DNA from: Nitrospira sp.
GTDB taxonomy: Bacteria; Nitrospirota; Nitrospiria; Nitrospirales; Nitrospiraceae
NCBI GenBank assembly: GCA_043745235.1
Contig: JAYTTD010000090.1
Location: 50,760-114,759, forward strand
Length of the DNA stretch: 64,000 bases
Reading direction: 5' to 3'
In this document: piece after piece, positions 1 through 10,033 of the stretch
Numbering within the stretch: the first letter of the stretch is position 1
How the letters are laid out: every line of letters starts with the position of its first letter
Notes under the pieces: generated by a model
What the model was told of the DNA's origin: nothing
Database searches by the model: none
Seen by the model: only the letters and a program-made list of their open reading frames with translations
Translations under genes and position numbers: made by a program

Positions 1-1
1 G

Positions 2-466
2 TTCCTGACCATGATGGCAGGCCTTGGGTTGCCAGCGCGTGACTTTGACAGGGTACGCCTCTTACCGGCTAGTCGACGTTACCGCACCTGGCTGAACCGT
101 GCCTCGAATAGCCGAGACTGGGTCATCGGAGCAGCGGCCTTGACTGTTTTCGTAGAAGGCAGCGTGAAGGATCGCGCAGAAATCGTCGCTCCCTCCAAGC
201 CCAAAACAGCCGAAGACATCGAAGCGATCGTCCAACGCCACCCGCTGGTGAAGTACTATAGCCTATCGCCCGATTCCATGGATCTGATTCGTGCTCACCA
301 AATGGTCGAAGCTGGCCATCGCCACGATGCCTACACCATGGTGGTGACCCACGCCACGACTCACACCCAGCAACAAGCCGTACTGAGCTGCCTTAAAAAA
401 TGCCTGATGCTCTGGCTGGCGTACCGCGATGCCGTTGCCAAGGCCTGTGGATTGAAAAAGACATAG
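2..466 (+). CDS. C-terminal part of a helical, heme-oxygenase-like (TenA/PqqC/CADD-type) protein; the 5' end lies outside the window
   Basis: The frame is open from the first bases of the window to TAG at 464-466. The H/E-rich helix 'IRAHQMVEAGHRHD' resembles metal-binding helices of TenA/PqqC-like proteins. The family call is recollection only. Confidence 0.4.
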   Translation, partial: FLTMMAGLGLPARDFDRVRLLPASRRYRTWLNRASNSRDWVIGAAALTVFVEGSVKDRAEIVAPSKPKTAEDIEAIVQRHPLVKYYSLSPDSMDLIRAHQMVEAGHRHDAYTMVVTHATTHTQQQAVLSCLKKCLMLWLAYRDAVAKACGLKKT

Positions 467-1365
467 CAGGACGCTAGAAAAATCCACCAGCATCGTTCTC
501 GTATCACTCAGACCCTCAGTGACCTTCTCGCGGAGCGATCAAAACGCGACAATGCAATTTTCAGCATAGCAGAGTGTCCATGGCCTCCACATCCGGGACA
601 CCGGGCAGGATAGCGGAGCGAGATGGGGAGTGGTTCGAAGGCTAAAATTCGAGACTTTCAGAACTTCGAACCCTACACCACACCCTTCTCACATGTCTCA
701 CGCTTTACGAGTGACGGTTCGCTGAGCCCCGCTACTGACCCACTAGTTCGATGCAAAATATTTCCGCCTCACCCATGGCAATGGCTCACGACCCAGGGTA
801 TTCTGTCATCACGATGTCGCACTGGTGCCGCCAACTTGTCACCATACGCCTGCTCCTCATCTTGCCCGGCTGCTGCCTGATGCAAAGGTTCTTTGCGAGC
901 CTATGGCCACTCACACCTGTAACGCCACGCAAGCCGCATGAGGGAGTAGGACCTCAAGCGCGTCACGGCAACGGTTCGCTCCGAGTTCGATCGCTTGGCC
1001 CACGAGCCTCTTGCTCGAGAACGGCAACGGCAACGATCATTACAGTTGTGAACCCACGACCGGTCTCGGCAGCGCAGACTACCTCGACTATGATCTCTTC
1101 ATCGACATCAACGAAAACACGTACGATTAGGTACAACACGCGTCTGATCCAGGCCGCTCATCCGAGCATAGCCTGGCCGGACTCTTTAAACCTAGCAGCA
1201 CAGACAGCCACAGTCTCTTCCCAGTATCCGGCATTACCGACCGACTCATACCCAGTATGGTCTATCCGAAGGGTGGCGTATTTATCGATCGGTGATCATG
1301 TCGGCGTAAGAATTCAGAGATCGGCTTGACTACCGCATGCGCGTTGTCTACATAAGGAGGCTCAG

Positions 1366-1785
1366 ATGGCACAGCACATCGTGATCGGCCCGATTGTCAA
1401 AGTCGTGAAGACCGACGAGGAGTGGAAGAAACTCCTCGCGCCGGAGGCCTACCGGGTCTTACGGCATGAGCATACCGAGCGCCCCTTTACCGATAACATG
1501 CACGACAACAAGAAGGCCGGCGTCTACTACTGCGTCGGCTGTGACCTCCCGGCCTATTCCTCAGAGCACAAATTCGATAGCGGCACCGGGTGGCCCAGCT
1601 TCTGGCAACCGATCGATCCCAAAGCGGTCGAATCCACCACCGACTATAAACTGATCTTCCCTCGCACCGAAGTCCACTGCGCACGCTGCGAAGGGCATCA
1701 AGGACACATTTTTAAGGATGGCCCCAAACCGACAGGGTTACGCTACTGCATCAACGGCGTCGCGCTAAAATTTACCCCAGCATAA
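1366..1785 (+). CDS. msrB: peptide-methionine (R)-S-oxide reductase MsrB
   Basis: 139 aa with two CxxC zinc motifs (CVGC, CARC), 'GTGWPSFW' and the catalytic 'GLRYCINGVAL'. An AAGGAGG RBS lies upstream of the ATG. Confidence 0.95.
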   Translation: MAQHIVIGPIVKVVKTDEEWKKLLAPEAYRVLRHEHTERPFTDNMHDNKKAGVYYCVGCDLPAYSSEHKFDSGTGWPSFWQPIDPKAVESTTDYKLIFPRTEVHCARCEGHQGHIFKDGPKPTGLRYCINGVALKFTPA

Positions 1786-1996
1786 CGGCACCTCTACCAC
1801 ACAGCTGCAATCGCCAGAGCCGAAAAAATGGCTTGCAAAGGAAGAGCATGATGGGTACGATTCGCGCTATAATGTTTTGACCGTCAACGTAGCGTCTCGG
1901 ATGCTTCGATACTACGCAGATTACGGCGAGAAATGGCTGCACACCACTCAACGACACAGGACCGCGCGTCATAAAATCCAACCGGGAGGAGCTTCA

Positions 1997-3124
1997 ATGA
2001 AATCAGCTATACCGAATACCGAACTACCACCATCAACCCAACTTCAAAAAGCATTTTTGGGAGATTCGCTTCCATTAGGCAAACGCGTGCTTGGAAGCCT
2101 GGCCGTCTGCGCGGTGGCAATGCTGTCATCCTGGATCGCGGTGCCGAGCGCGAATGCTGTGGTATCGAACGAGTATAAGTTCAAGTTTCCTTTGGGCCTG
2201 GAAGAGAGTGCCATCGTCATTCCTGCAGATAATCCTATAACGACTCAAAAAGTCGAGTTAGGCCGGGCGTTATTCTTCGACAAGCGGTTATCCGCCGACA
2301 ACACGATCGCGTGCGCAAGTTGCCACCTGGCGCAATTCGCATTTACGGACGGCCAGCCGGTCTCTGCAGGCATCCGAGGCCAGAAAGGCGGCCGTAGTGC
2401 GCCGGCGTCCTTCAACCGGGTATTCAGCAGCGTTCAATTTTGGGACGGCCGGGCCGCCACGTTAGAAGACCAATCGGTCGGCCCCTTTACGAATCCGATT
2501 GAGCATGGCTTTGCTAACTACGAGATCATGATTGCGAAGATGAAGAAGATCCCCGGCTACAACACACTCTTCCTGCAAGCCTTCGGCGAAGACATCACGA
2601 TTGGCAATGTGGGCAAAGCCATCGCCAGCTTCCAACGCACCGTCCTGTCCGGCAACAGCCCAGCAGACCGATTTGATCAGGGCGGGGAAGCGGGAGCCAT
2701 TTCAGCAGAGGCACAACGCGGCCTCCTCCTGTTCCGAGACAAAGCTCGCTGCACGAAGTGCCATTCCGGGTTCAACTTCACCGACGAAAAGTTCCATAAC
2801 CTCGGTATCGGTTGGGACGACAATAAAGTGGATCTCGGGCGGTATATGGTGACCAAGAATCCGGAGGAGATTGGCGCGTTTAAAACTCCGACCTTGCGGG
2901 AAATCAGCCGAAGCGCGCCCTATATGCATGACGGCCGCTTCAAAACGCTCGACGAGGTCGTGAACTTTTACAATCAGGGAGGCGTGAAGAACCCCCACCA
3001 GGATCCGTTGATCCTTCCTCTCGAACTGACGAAGGAAGAGAAGCGAGATCTTGTGCAGTTTCTTCAGACGCTGGCTGGAGAAGGCTGGAAGCAGGCCACC
3101 GCGCCGAAAGACTTTCCAAAATAG
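1997..3124 (+). CDS. di-haem cytochrome c peroxidase (CcpA/MauG family), secreted
   Basis: Two haem c motifs (CASCH, CTKCH) and 'FWDGRA', with typical CCP length. I chose the internal ATG at 1997 (GGAGGA RBS; signal-like N-terminus MKSAIPN...AVPSANA) over the ORF-track start at 1877. Confidence 0.9.
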   Translation: MKSAIPNTELPPSTQLQKAFLGDSLPLGKRVLGSLAVCAVAMLSSWIAVPSANAVVSNEYKFKFPLGLEESAIVIPADNPITTQKVELGRALFFDKRLSADNTIACASCHLAQFAFTDGQPVSAGIRGQKGGRSAPASFNRVFSSVQFWDGRAATLEDQSVGPFTNPIEHGFANYEIMIAKMKKIPGYNTLFLQAFGEDITIGNVGKAIASFQRTVLSGNSPADRFDQGGEAGAISAEAQRGLLLFRDKARCTKCHSGFNFTDEKFHNLGIGWDDNKVDLGRYMVTKNPEEIGAFKTPTLREISRSAPYMHDGRFKTLDEVVNFYNQGGVKNPHQDPLILPLELTKEEKRDLVQFLQTLAGEGWKQATAPKDFPK

Positions 3125-3184
3125 ACAGGGACTGCACACATACCTGCCTCACTCTGAATCTGAAGAGGGCACGGGAAAAGACTC

Positions 3185-3224
3185 AAGAGGGCGGCCCCGA
3201 CCACTACGGTCGGGCCGCCCTCTT
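3185..3224. terminator. GC-rich hairpin between convergent genes, a possible bidirectional terminator
   Basis: AAGAGGGCGGCCC (3185-3197) pairs with GGGCCGCCCTCTT (3212-3224), plus 4 inner base pairs. A T-run follows only on the minus-strand reading (GAGTCTTTTCCC). Confidence 0.45.
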
Positions 3225-3449
3225 GGCGCATTGATGGAATCTATCAGTTTGTCTTTCGGCTGTGCCCAGGAAGACGGGGCCAAAGACCTTATTCAGGAGA
3301 TGTTTCTGAATATTTTCCAAAGACTGAACAGGGACCATATTGAGATGTCCCCCTCACCTGCTACGAGAAAAGATACCCAGACCCTTCAATAACGATTCCA
3401 TTCTCGCTGGCTAGCATCATCACGTAAACCGGGTACCATCATGATGCAG

Positions 3450-3830
3450 TCACTTCACTTTCACCAACCATCCACCACTCACTTCGCATTGATTGGGACC
3501 TTTCGCCGTAAGGTTAATTTTTGCGAAGGTTGCTTTTACTGCGTCAGGGAGTTTGCCGGTTACCTGAAACCCATCATGTTTAGAAGTCACGGTGACCGGT
3601 ACCAACCGGTCTTTTATCGTCACCCGAATACTAGCCGGGTTGGTCAAAGTGGATGCAAAAAATGAAAATTCTGATTTTGGCGCCACCTCTGTATTATTTG
3701 GCGGCGTGAATTTTGACAACTTCGCCGCGCACGGTATGATACTACTGCCACCGCTATCACCATAGGCCCAGACTGTGCCGGGGATCATCAATGCGCTCGC
3801 TACCCACAAAATACTCCACACTTTCATCAT
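3450..3830 (-). CDS. small secreted hypothetical protein
   Basis: 126 aa with an N-terminal signal peptide (MMKVWSILWVASALMIPGTVWA). I recognise no family. Confidence 0.5.
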   Translation of the reverse strand: MMKVWSILWVASALMIPGTVWAYGDSGGSSIIPCAAKLSKFTPPNNTEVAPKSEFSFFASTLTNPASIRVTIKDRLVPVTVTSKHDGFQVTGKLPDAVKATFAKINLTAKGPNQCEVSGGWLVKVK

Positions 3831-4173
3831 GGTGACGCCTCTCCTACTGTTAGTGAGTCGGTTGACTGGTTTGGTACGACTGACCGTTGAACGGAATCCA
3901 TTGTCAGTTACTTTTTGATAAAAAACAACCCCCTCGGGATTGATACCGTTGCCTGTCCAAAGCAGCGTTTCTTAGTGCCATTACTATCGCTCAAGGCCAA
4001 GCACCGCGCGTCAAAATGGTGGCTCGCCCTCTTTACCACTACCCCCTCGGCATGAGCATCTTGACAAGAACCGGGGAAAGGGCTTATCACAGGCACCTGT
4101 TAGAGCTTCTTGAGGGTGTTCAAACCTCTGCCCACCTCAAAAGCAAAGTCCCATCACCCGAAAAAGGGCGATC

Positions 4174-5394
4174 ATGCGAAAAACACTCGAACAACTCTTC
4201 GAAACATTGAGCAATAATGCGCGCGATGTGTCGTTTCAGGTGCAGTTTTGGGATGGGGTGAAAAGATCGTTCGGTGCTGGTAAACCCCAGTTCATACTCA
4301 CCTTTGCCACAAAGCAAGCGGCAGAGCATGTACTCGAAAGTGTATCGTTGGGTTTTGGCGAAGAGTATATGTCAGGCGATATTCAGGTGGAGGGTGATTT
4401 CAGGCAACTCCTTCGCTTCGGAACAGATCCCGCAATCCTCAATCTGCCACTCGGGTTGAAAACGAAGCTCGCATTTCAGCACCTGCGTCAGACCTCGCTC
4501 AACACGCTCTCGCGTGCGCCAAAACACATCGCCCACCATTACGATCTCGGGAATGACTTCTACAAGCTGTGGCTTGACGAGAGCATGGCCTACTCCTGTG
4601 CCTACTTCCGTCACGAGCACGACACGCTTGAGCAAGCACAGCAACAGAAGTACGAACATATCTGCCGGAAACTTCAGTTGAAGGCCGGAGAAACACTGGT
4701 GGATATCGGCTGCGGCTGGGGTGGAATGCTGATCTACGCCGCCAAGCACTACGGCGTGCGCGGCGTCGGCTGCTCACTGTCGAAGCAGCAAGTGGAGTAT
4801 GCCACTGACCTGGTGAAGCGCGAAGGGCTGTCAGAGAAGGTTTCTGTCGTGTTCGAAGATTACCGGAAACTCGAGGGCCAGTTCGACAAATTCGTGTCCA
4901 TTGGAATGTTTGAACATGTGGGGAAGCGATTCATTCCGACGTTTATGGAGAAGGCGAAGTCGCTCCTGAAGCCCGACGGCATAGGGTTGCTCCACACTAT
5001 TGGAGAAGAGCGATCGCTGCCTGGTGATCCCTGGACATTGAAATACATCTTCCCCGGTGGATACATTCCCTCGCTCGACGAAATTGTTCGTACCATGGGC
5101 GAAACCGGACTCGTTCCGACGGACATCGAAAACTTGCGCCTGCACTACGCAAGAACGGTTGAGGAGTGGTGCACACGATTCGAGGCACAGATCAAAAAGG
5201 TTGAAACGATGTTCGATGCGTCGTTCGTTCGAATGTGGCGGATGTTTCTCAATGGGTGTGTCGTCAATTTTCGCTACGGCAGCCCACGGCTCTATCATGT
5301 CCTGTTTACGAACGGATTGAACAACACCATTCCCTTCACGCGCGAATATATGTATCACTCGGCCGCTTCGGGATCCCCTTCACAACAACGTTGA
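4174..5394 (+). CDS. cfa: cyclopropane-fatty-acyl-phospholipid synthase family SAM-dependent methyltransferase
   Basis: 406 aa with SAM motif I 'VDIGCGWGGM', 'HYDLGNDFY' and 'MAYSCAYF', all typical of the CFA synthase/mycolic acid methyltransferase family. Confidence 0.85.
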   Translation: MRKTLEQLFETLSNNARDVSFQVQFWDGVKRSFGAGKPQFILTFATKQAAEHVLESVSLGFGEEYMSGDIQVEGDFRQLLRFGTDPAILNLPLGLKTKLAFQHLRQTSLNTLSRAPKHIAHHYDLGNDFYKLWLDESMAYSCAYFRHEHDTLEQAQQQKYEHICRKLQLKAGETLVDIGCGWGGMLIYAAKHYGVRGVGCSLSKQQVEYATDLVKREGLSEKVSVVFEDYRKLEGQFDKFVSIGMFEHVGKRFIPTFMEKAKSLLKPDGIGLLHTIGEERSLPGDPWTLKYIFPGGYIPSLDEIVRTMGETGLVPTDIENLRLHYARTVEEWCTRFEAQIKKVETMFDASFVRMWRMFLNGCVVNFRYGSPRLYHVLFTNGLNNTIPFTREYMYHSAASGSPSQQR

Positions 5395-5473
5395 TATATG
5401 AATGGACAAAGTATCTTCATCGTGATGCTTCGTCAGATGCAAGCCAATTCAAGAACGTGAGACACCCGCGCAC

Positions 5474-6214
5474 ATGACGACAACAATTGCCTCACGCTTG
5501 CAAGCCGTAGAAGCCCGTATCGCCAGAGTGGCACAATCTCTCGACCGGCAACCCGGCGAGATCACTCTGCTGGCGGCGAGCAAAACCAACCCAGCCGAGC
5601 AATTGAGGGAAGCCTGGGTCGCCGGACAAAGGATCTTCGGTGAAAATTATCTACAGGAAGCGCTGGCAAAGATGCAGCATCTTACCGATCTGCCAATTGA
5701 ATGGCATTTCATTGGTCCGATACAGAGCAATAAGACCAAACGCATCGCGGAGAATTTTTCCTGGGTTCACAGTGTAGACAGAGCGAAGATTGCCGACCGC
5801 TTGTCAAAAGACCGGCCCGAATCACTGCCGCCCTTGCAAATATGTTTACAAGTCAATGTGAGCGGAGAGGCGAGTAAAAGCGGTGTCGCACCTGAGGAGT
5901 TGTCGAGTCTGGCCGCGCATGTCGTTCGCCTGCCTCGCCTGAAATTACGAGGATTGATGGCCGTCCCTGAGCTCACGAATGCCACAGCTTTACAGCGCAG
6001 CCAGTTCCACATGCTGTGGGAACTGTTCGATCGGCTCAAGCGAGATAGATACGAACTCGACACACTCTCCATGGGGATGTCAGAAGATATGGATATCGCC
6101 ATTGCCGAAGGCGCAACAATGGTGCGCGTCGGTACAGCGATTTTCGGACCACGGCGCTATCTGATCCCTGAGGAGATTGCTATCCTCGCGGCCAAAAAAG
6201 CGCAAGGACTTTGA
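5474..6214 (+). CDS. yggS: YggS-family pyridoxal-phosphate homeostasis protein
   Basis: 'LLAASKT' (PLP lysine), 'FGENYLQE', 'WHFIGPIQSNK', 'LSMGMSEDM' and 'VRVGTAIFG' are hallmark YggS/PROSC motifs. Confidence 0.9.
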   Translation: MTTTIASRLQAVEARIARVAQSLDRQPGEITLLAASKTNPAEQLREAWVAGQRIFGENYLQEALAKMQHLTDLPIEWHFIGPIQSNKTKRIAENFSWVHSVDRAKIADRLSKDRPESLPPLQICLQVNVSGEASKSGVAPEELSSLAAHVVRLPRLKLRGLMAVPELTNATALQRSQFHMLWELFDRLKRDRYELDTLSMGMSEDMDIAIAEGATMVRVGTAIFGPRRYLIPEEIAILAAKKAQGL

Positions 6215-6294
6215 TTGACAGTCAGGCCTGGCGATTCAAACCCGCTAGCGCTTCACGTACCTCGCTCCGTTCAAAAGCCTCATGAAAAGGCGGG

Positions 6295-6319
6295 TTAAGG
6301 TCGCAAATTGCGACCTTAA
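6295..6319. other. 25-nt near-perfect palindrome in the yggS downstream intergenic region
   Basis: TTAAGGTCGCAA-A-TTGCGACCTTAA (12+1+12 nt). There is no convincing U-tract, so it could be an operator or a weak terminator. Confidence 0.3.
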
Positions 6320-6616
6320 AACCAGGGCGTGGTCGTGGCTCAGCCCTCCTTGTCTTCGACACCTCAGCGCGCACCAGCACCTCCGTGCTCTTCACCGATT
6401 GAAGATGCTCTGCGACCCGCCACCCGATCAATACCTTTCCCAGTTTGCCTGACGGATATTGGCGCTTCCCTGATCATCTCTACCCACGCGTCTCATCTAC
6501 ACATGAAAGAAAGAACGCCCTGCTTTCTATCCTCACACCTTACGTTTTCAGGGGACCATTGCTGCTAGTATATGAGAGTATTTGACTCGCTCGCGAATTG
6601 ATCACAAGGAGCTTGC

Positions 6617-7402
6617 TTGAACAGAACAACATTCATTGCCGCATTCATCGTGGTGACTCTGATTGGAACCCCTGTTGTATCCTTTACAGAAGCAATCGGC
6701 CGATCATGGATCGGCCATATGCTCTTTGGAGTAACGATCAGCAACGCGCAGACCACCGATGCCGATGCACCTGCTGCCGAAACCACACCTCCCCCCACCA
6801 CCCCCGAGGGTTCCAGCTCTGCCGGAATCCTTCTGATCCTCCTGCTCCTGGGAGCCGCAACGATTTTTTATTTCCTGAAAATACAGCGCCCCTCCCTCCC
6901 CGATTTTTCAGGGATCACAGGCCGCGACCCGTCCGGCGACAATCTGCCAACAACGCGGTCCTCCAGAACCAGACAGGAAATATCAGTTGATAGCGTTACC
7001 ACCACTGACAAGGCAACCTTTCAGCAGCTACTGACCGATGTTCAAAGAGCCTGGAGCAAACCGGATCTGACCGAGCTACGGCAGTACGTTACGCCGGAGA
7101 TGCTGAATTATTTCAGCGCCGCCCTAGCCGACAATACAAGCCAGGACATCCAAAACCATGTGGACGATGTGGTGCTCCTCCGAGCAGAGATTCTGGAAGT
7201 CTGGACCGAACAGGGCACACGCTATGTAACGGCAGGGCTTCGCTGGAGCGCCCGTGACTATAATCTGTCTCTGACAAAGCAGCCTGGAGAACCAGGCTAT
7301 GTCGTTGAAGGCAACGAGGAGACACCGACCGAAGCTGGCGAAGCCTGGACCTTCATGCAATCCCCAGATGGTAAGTGGCTGCTCTCAGCGATTCAGCAAT
7401 AA
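6617..7402 (+). CDS. membrane-anchored Tim44-like domain protein
   Basis: TTG start with an AAGGAG RBS. It has an N-terminal signal/TM segment, a Pro/Thr-rich linker and a second TM. The C-terminal ~150 aa ('FQQLLTDVQRAWSKPDLTELRQYVTPEM...') resemble bacterial Tim44-like domains. Confidence 0.6.
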   Translation: MNRTTFIAAFIVVTLIGTPVVSFTEAIGRSWIGHMLFGVTISNAQTTDADAPAAETTPPPTTPEGSSSAGILLILLLLGAATIFYFLKIQRPSLPDFSGITGRDPSGDNLPTTRSSRTRQEISVDSVTTTDKATFQQLLTDVQRAWSKPDLTELRQYVTPEMLNYFSAALADNTSQDIQNHVDDVVLLRAEILEVWTEQGTRYVTAGLRWSARDYNLSLTKQPGEPGYVVEGNEETPTEAGEAWTFMQSPDGKWLLSAIQQ

Positions 7403-7493
7403 ATGAAGCGGTGCCCGCGCTGATCCCTCAACCCTGTTTCCAATCCCCCTTGCCGAAATAGTAGCGTATATGCTATATCCCTGACAAGGAAGA

Positions 7494-7904
7494 ATGGCCC
7501 CTTCACCCGGCAAATTGCCATTGAGCCGACTGGTCTATGACGGTCCGGCGCTCGGCGTAGAGTTCTACGTCACCTCGAACGGAGCCGCACCAGCTGAAGA
7601 ATGGCTCGAACAGCTTCCTCTGGCTGTTCAGCAAAAATTCGCCGCGCTGTTTGCGCGCATGGGAGACACCGGCAAGATCTGGAACGAGCGTAAGTTCAAG
7701 CATTTGACCGAGACGGACCAGATCTTCGAGTTCAAAGTCGATGCCGATCGCATCCTGTGCTTCTTCTTTGTCGGACGAAGACTTATCTTGACGCACGGAT
7801 TCAGGAAATCTGGTGACAAAACGCCCAAACGTGAAATCGACCGAGCAGAAATGTACAAGCAGGAGTTCGAAGAGAGGAGAAAACATGAGAAAACAATCCG
7901 CTAA
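7494..7904 (+). CDS. type II toxin, RelE/HigB-like (phage Gp49/DUF891 type)
   Basis: 136 aa. 'FEFKVDADRILCFFFVGRRLILTHGFRKSGDKTPKREI' is typical of Gp49-like toxins. It overlaps the downstream HTH gene by 20 nt. Confidence 0.7.
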   Translation: MAPSPGKLPLSRLVYDGPALGVEFYVTSNGAAPAEEWLEQLPLAVQQKFAALFARMGDTGKIWNERKFKHLTETDQIFEFKVDADRILCFFFVGRRLILTHGFRKSGDKTPKREIDRAEMYKQEFEERRKHEKTIR

Positions 7905-8202
7905 GAGTTCCATGGGATGGGTGGAGAGAAAGCTCGCCAACGCCAAGTTCAGAAAGGGATTCGAGGAAGAAGTACAAAAGCTGGCAATTGGAGAACAGCT
8001 GAGTCGGCTACGTCAAGAGGCAGGGCTCACACAAGCGCAGATCGCACAGCGTGTTGGAACTACGGCCTCGGCTATCAGTCGTTATGAAAACACCGACTAT
8101 GACCGCTATGAACTCCGCACCCTCCAAAGAATCGTTCGCGCCTGTGGAGGGCGACTGGATATCACCTTTGAGTCCGGGCCACGGAATCACCGAGCAGCCT
8201 AG
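7885..8202 (+). CDS. XRE-family HTH antitoxin (HigA-like)
   Basis: HTH 'LTQAQIAQRVGTTASAISRYEN'. ATG at 7885 with a GAGGAGA RBS. It is paired with the upstream Gp49-like toxin. Confidence 0.8.
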   Translation: MRKQSAKSSMGWVERKLANAKFRKGFEEEVQKLAIGEQLSRLRQEAGLTQAQIAQRVGTTASAISRYENTDYDRYELRTLQRIVRACGGRLDITFESGPRNHRAA

Positions 8203-8323
8203 CCCTTCACAAGGAACCTTCAAGGATAGGGAAAATCCGCAGTGGTGTGCCGCTGCGCTTTATGAGATGTGTGAATGCAAGATCTCACCCTTACGACCTC
8301 CTACACTGCACCGAGCTGCGAGA

Positions 8324-8842
8324 TTATGCATTCTTTTTCCAGTCCGTTCTGAATCCGAGCGCCCGGTTTAAGGCGAATGGATCGCACCACTTAGTACCTA
8401 AGCCATTGCATACGTCAGGTAGGTGTCGATTCTGGCGAGTTTTTGACGGCTTCGAGACTTCGGAGGTTACCACAACCCGTGTGTCAGGTGCGGCCATTGC
8501 GTAGGCCACGAGGAACGGGTCTCGTCCCAACTGCTCCACTTCGGTATCGGTTAGATCAGGGGCATAGCCCACTGTGATTGCCTTTTGCACTAGAGCAACA
8601 TTAACGCTCTCGACGAGTAAAAGGGCATTCTTAACATCCAATTTTTGAACCCAGCCGAAGAGCAGGTCCTTCTCTTCGTTATCTGGGCCGTCCTTGATTT
8701 CCTCGAAGATTTCCAACGGAATCTTTACACTTCCCTGCTCGGCCATATATAGCAGCCACTCCCAGAATTCGGGAACTGAATCCACTGGATAGTAGGACTT
8801 GTTGGCCGTGATAAGCATACTCGCATCGAGAAGGTAGAGCAT
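8324..8842 (-). CDS. DUF4411 (PIN-like nuclease fold) family protein
   Basis: The N-terminus 'MLYLLDASMLITANKSYYP...FWEWL' is typical of DUF4411. It lies 3 nt downstream of the XRE-ImmA/IrrE gene. Confidence 0.7.
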   Translation of the reverse strand: MLYLLDASMLITANKSYYPVDSVPEFWEWLLYMAEQGSVKIPLEIFEEIKDGPDNEEKDLLFGWVQKLDVKNALLLVESVNVALVQKAITVGYAPDLTDTEVEQLGRDPFLVAYAMAAPDTRVVVTSEVSKPSKTRQNRHLPDVCNGLGTKWCDPFALNRALGFRTDWKKNA

Positions 8843-8845
8843 CCG

Positions 8846-10033
8846 TTACCCTCTCGTGTCAGTGGTGCCAAAACGTTCTGAAGTCATTAGCAATGGATAA
8901 ACGCTGCGTGGCTTCACGCCAAGAACCTTGGCTGCCTTCACTGGCGTGAGTGTCCCAGCCCCAATAGATCGGTCGACTAAATTGAGGAGTGCCCGTCCCA
9001 AATGATAGCGCCGCACGACATAATAGGTTGGACCACTGTCGTTTAACTTTTCTTTTTCCTTCCGCGCAGCCCTTTCACTCATCCAGAGATCATCTAGTAC
9101 TCGATCGAGACGACCCCACGCCGCCTGACTAAGCTGACCTGCTCGAAACAGTGCGTAGGCTACCATCTTCCGACTTAGATGGCGCTCATTAGCAAAACTG
9201 CTGATCAGCTGAATCAGCTCCTCGGATGGCGTGTCGTCGTCAATCCGAAGCGTGGCTAACTCCCCCTGTGGCAGCAGGAAGCTACTGGCTACTTCATTGC
9301 AAAATTTTTCTATCGCCTGTTCCGCGCTGGTGCCACTAACGCCTGTAGTGCCTAGCCACAGATGCGCGATCTCGTGCATTAACGTGAACGACCATGCAGT
9401 CTTGGCGTCCTGGTCGTTGATGATCACAAATGGTGCGAACTTGTCGGCAATGGCAAATCCACGAAACGTTTCAACCGCTATGGCGCTATGATGGCTGCCT
9501 AAATTTCCAATCAACAGAACAAAGATCCCAACGCTTTCCGCCTTGTTGCGCAGATATGAAAAAGCCTCTTCCGAGGTTCTCTGCCGCCGATAGTCAGCAG
9601 TATCGATGGCCAGTGTTGACTTGATGGATGCGAGAACGGATTTAACGCTGCCTTGCATTGAGCTGGAGCCGATAAAAGCCAAGGGGGATGCCTCATCATC
9701 GTCTTCAGCCAGAGACCGCACGACCGCTTGCCGTGCCTTAACGTCACGGATCAAAGCATCCAGCAAGGCGTCAGCGGCTATGGAGCGGTCCGCAGGAAGA
9801 GTTCGGAAATCTTCGCCGCGATCGCCCTTCGCAGGTGGCACCGGCAAGTAGAAAGTCACCAACGGCCGACGGTACTGCTTGGCCATTTTCAGAAGCAGTG
9901 GGCGTGACGGTTCTTCTTCGCCCATTTCTATAGCGTGCAACCGCTCGACATCTTTAATGTCGAGCGCGCTCGCGGCCTGCTCCAAAGACAAGCCCGATGT
10001 TTCGCGCGCCCAGCGGAACAGTTCAGCGTTCAT
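8846..10033 (-). CDS. XRE HTH fused to an ImmA/IrrE-family (COG2856) zinc metallopeptidase
   Basis: N-terminal HTH ('LSLEQAASALDI') and the zincin motif 'HEIAHLWLG' in the central domain; 395 aa. Confidence 0.85.
   Translation of the reverse strand: MNAELFRWARETSGLSLEQAASALDIKDVERLHAIEMGEEEPSRPLLLKMAKQYRRPLVTFYLPVPPAKGDRGEDFRTLPADRSIAADALLDALIRDVKARQAVVRSLAEDDDEASPLAFIGSSSMQGSVKSVLASIKSTLAIDTADYRRQRTSEEAFSYLRNKAESVGIFVLLIGNLGSHHSAIAVETFRGFAIADKFAPFVIINDQDAKTAWSFTLMHEIAHLWLGTTGVSGTSAEQAIEKFCNEVASSFLLPQGELATLRIDDDTPSEELIQLISSFANERHLSRKMVAYALFRAGQLSQAAWGRLDRVLDDLWMSERAARKEKEKLNDSGPTYYVVRRYHLGRALLNLVDRSIGAGTLTPVKAAKVLGVKPRSVYPLLMTSERFGTTDTRG

Noticed and set aside
751-1329. A 192-aa ORF (and the overlapping 623..880 ORF) as a protein-coding gene
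   Set aside because: The translation is low-complexity and Ser/Thr/Arg/Pro-rich. There is no RBS and I recognise no motif. I treat the region as non-coding or decayed (see the finding at 467..1365).
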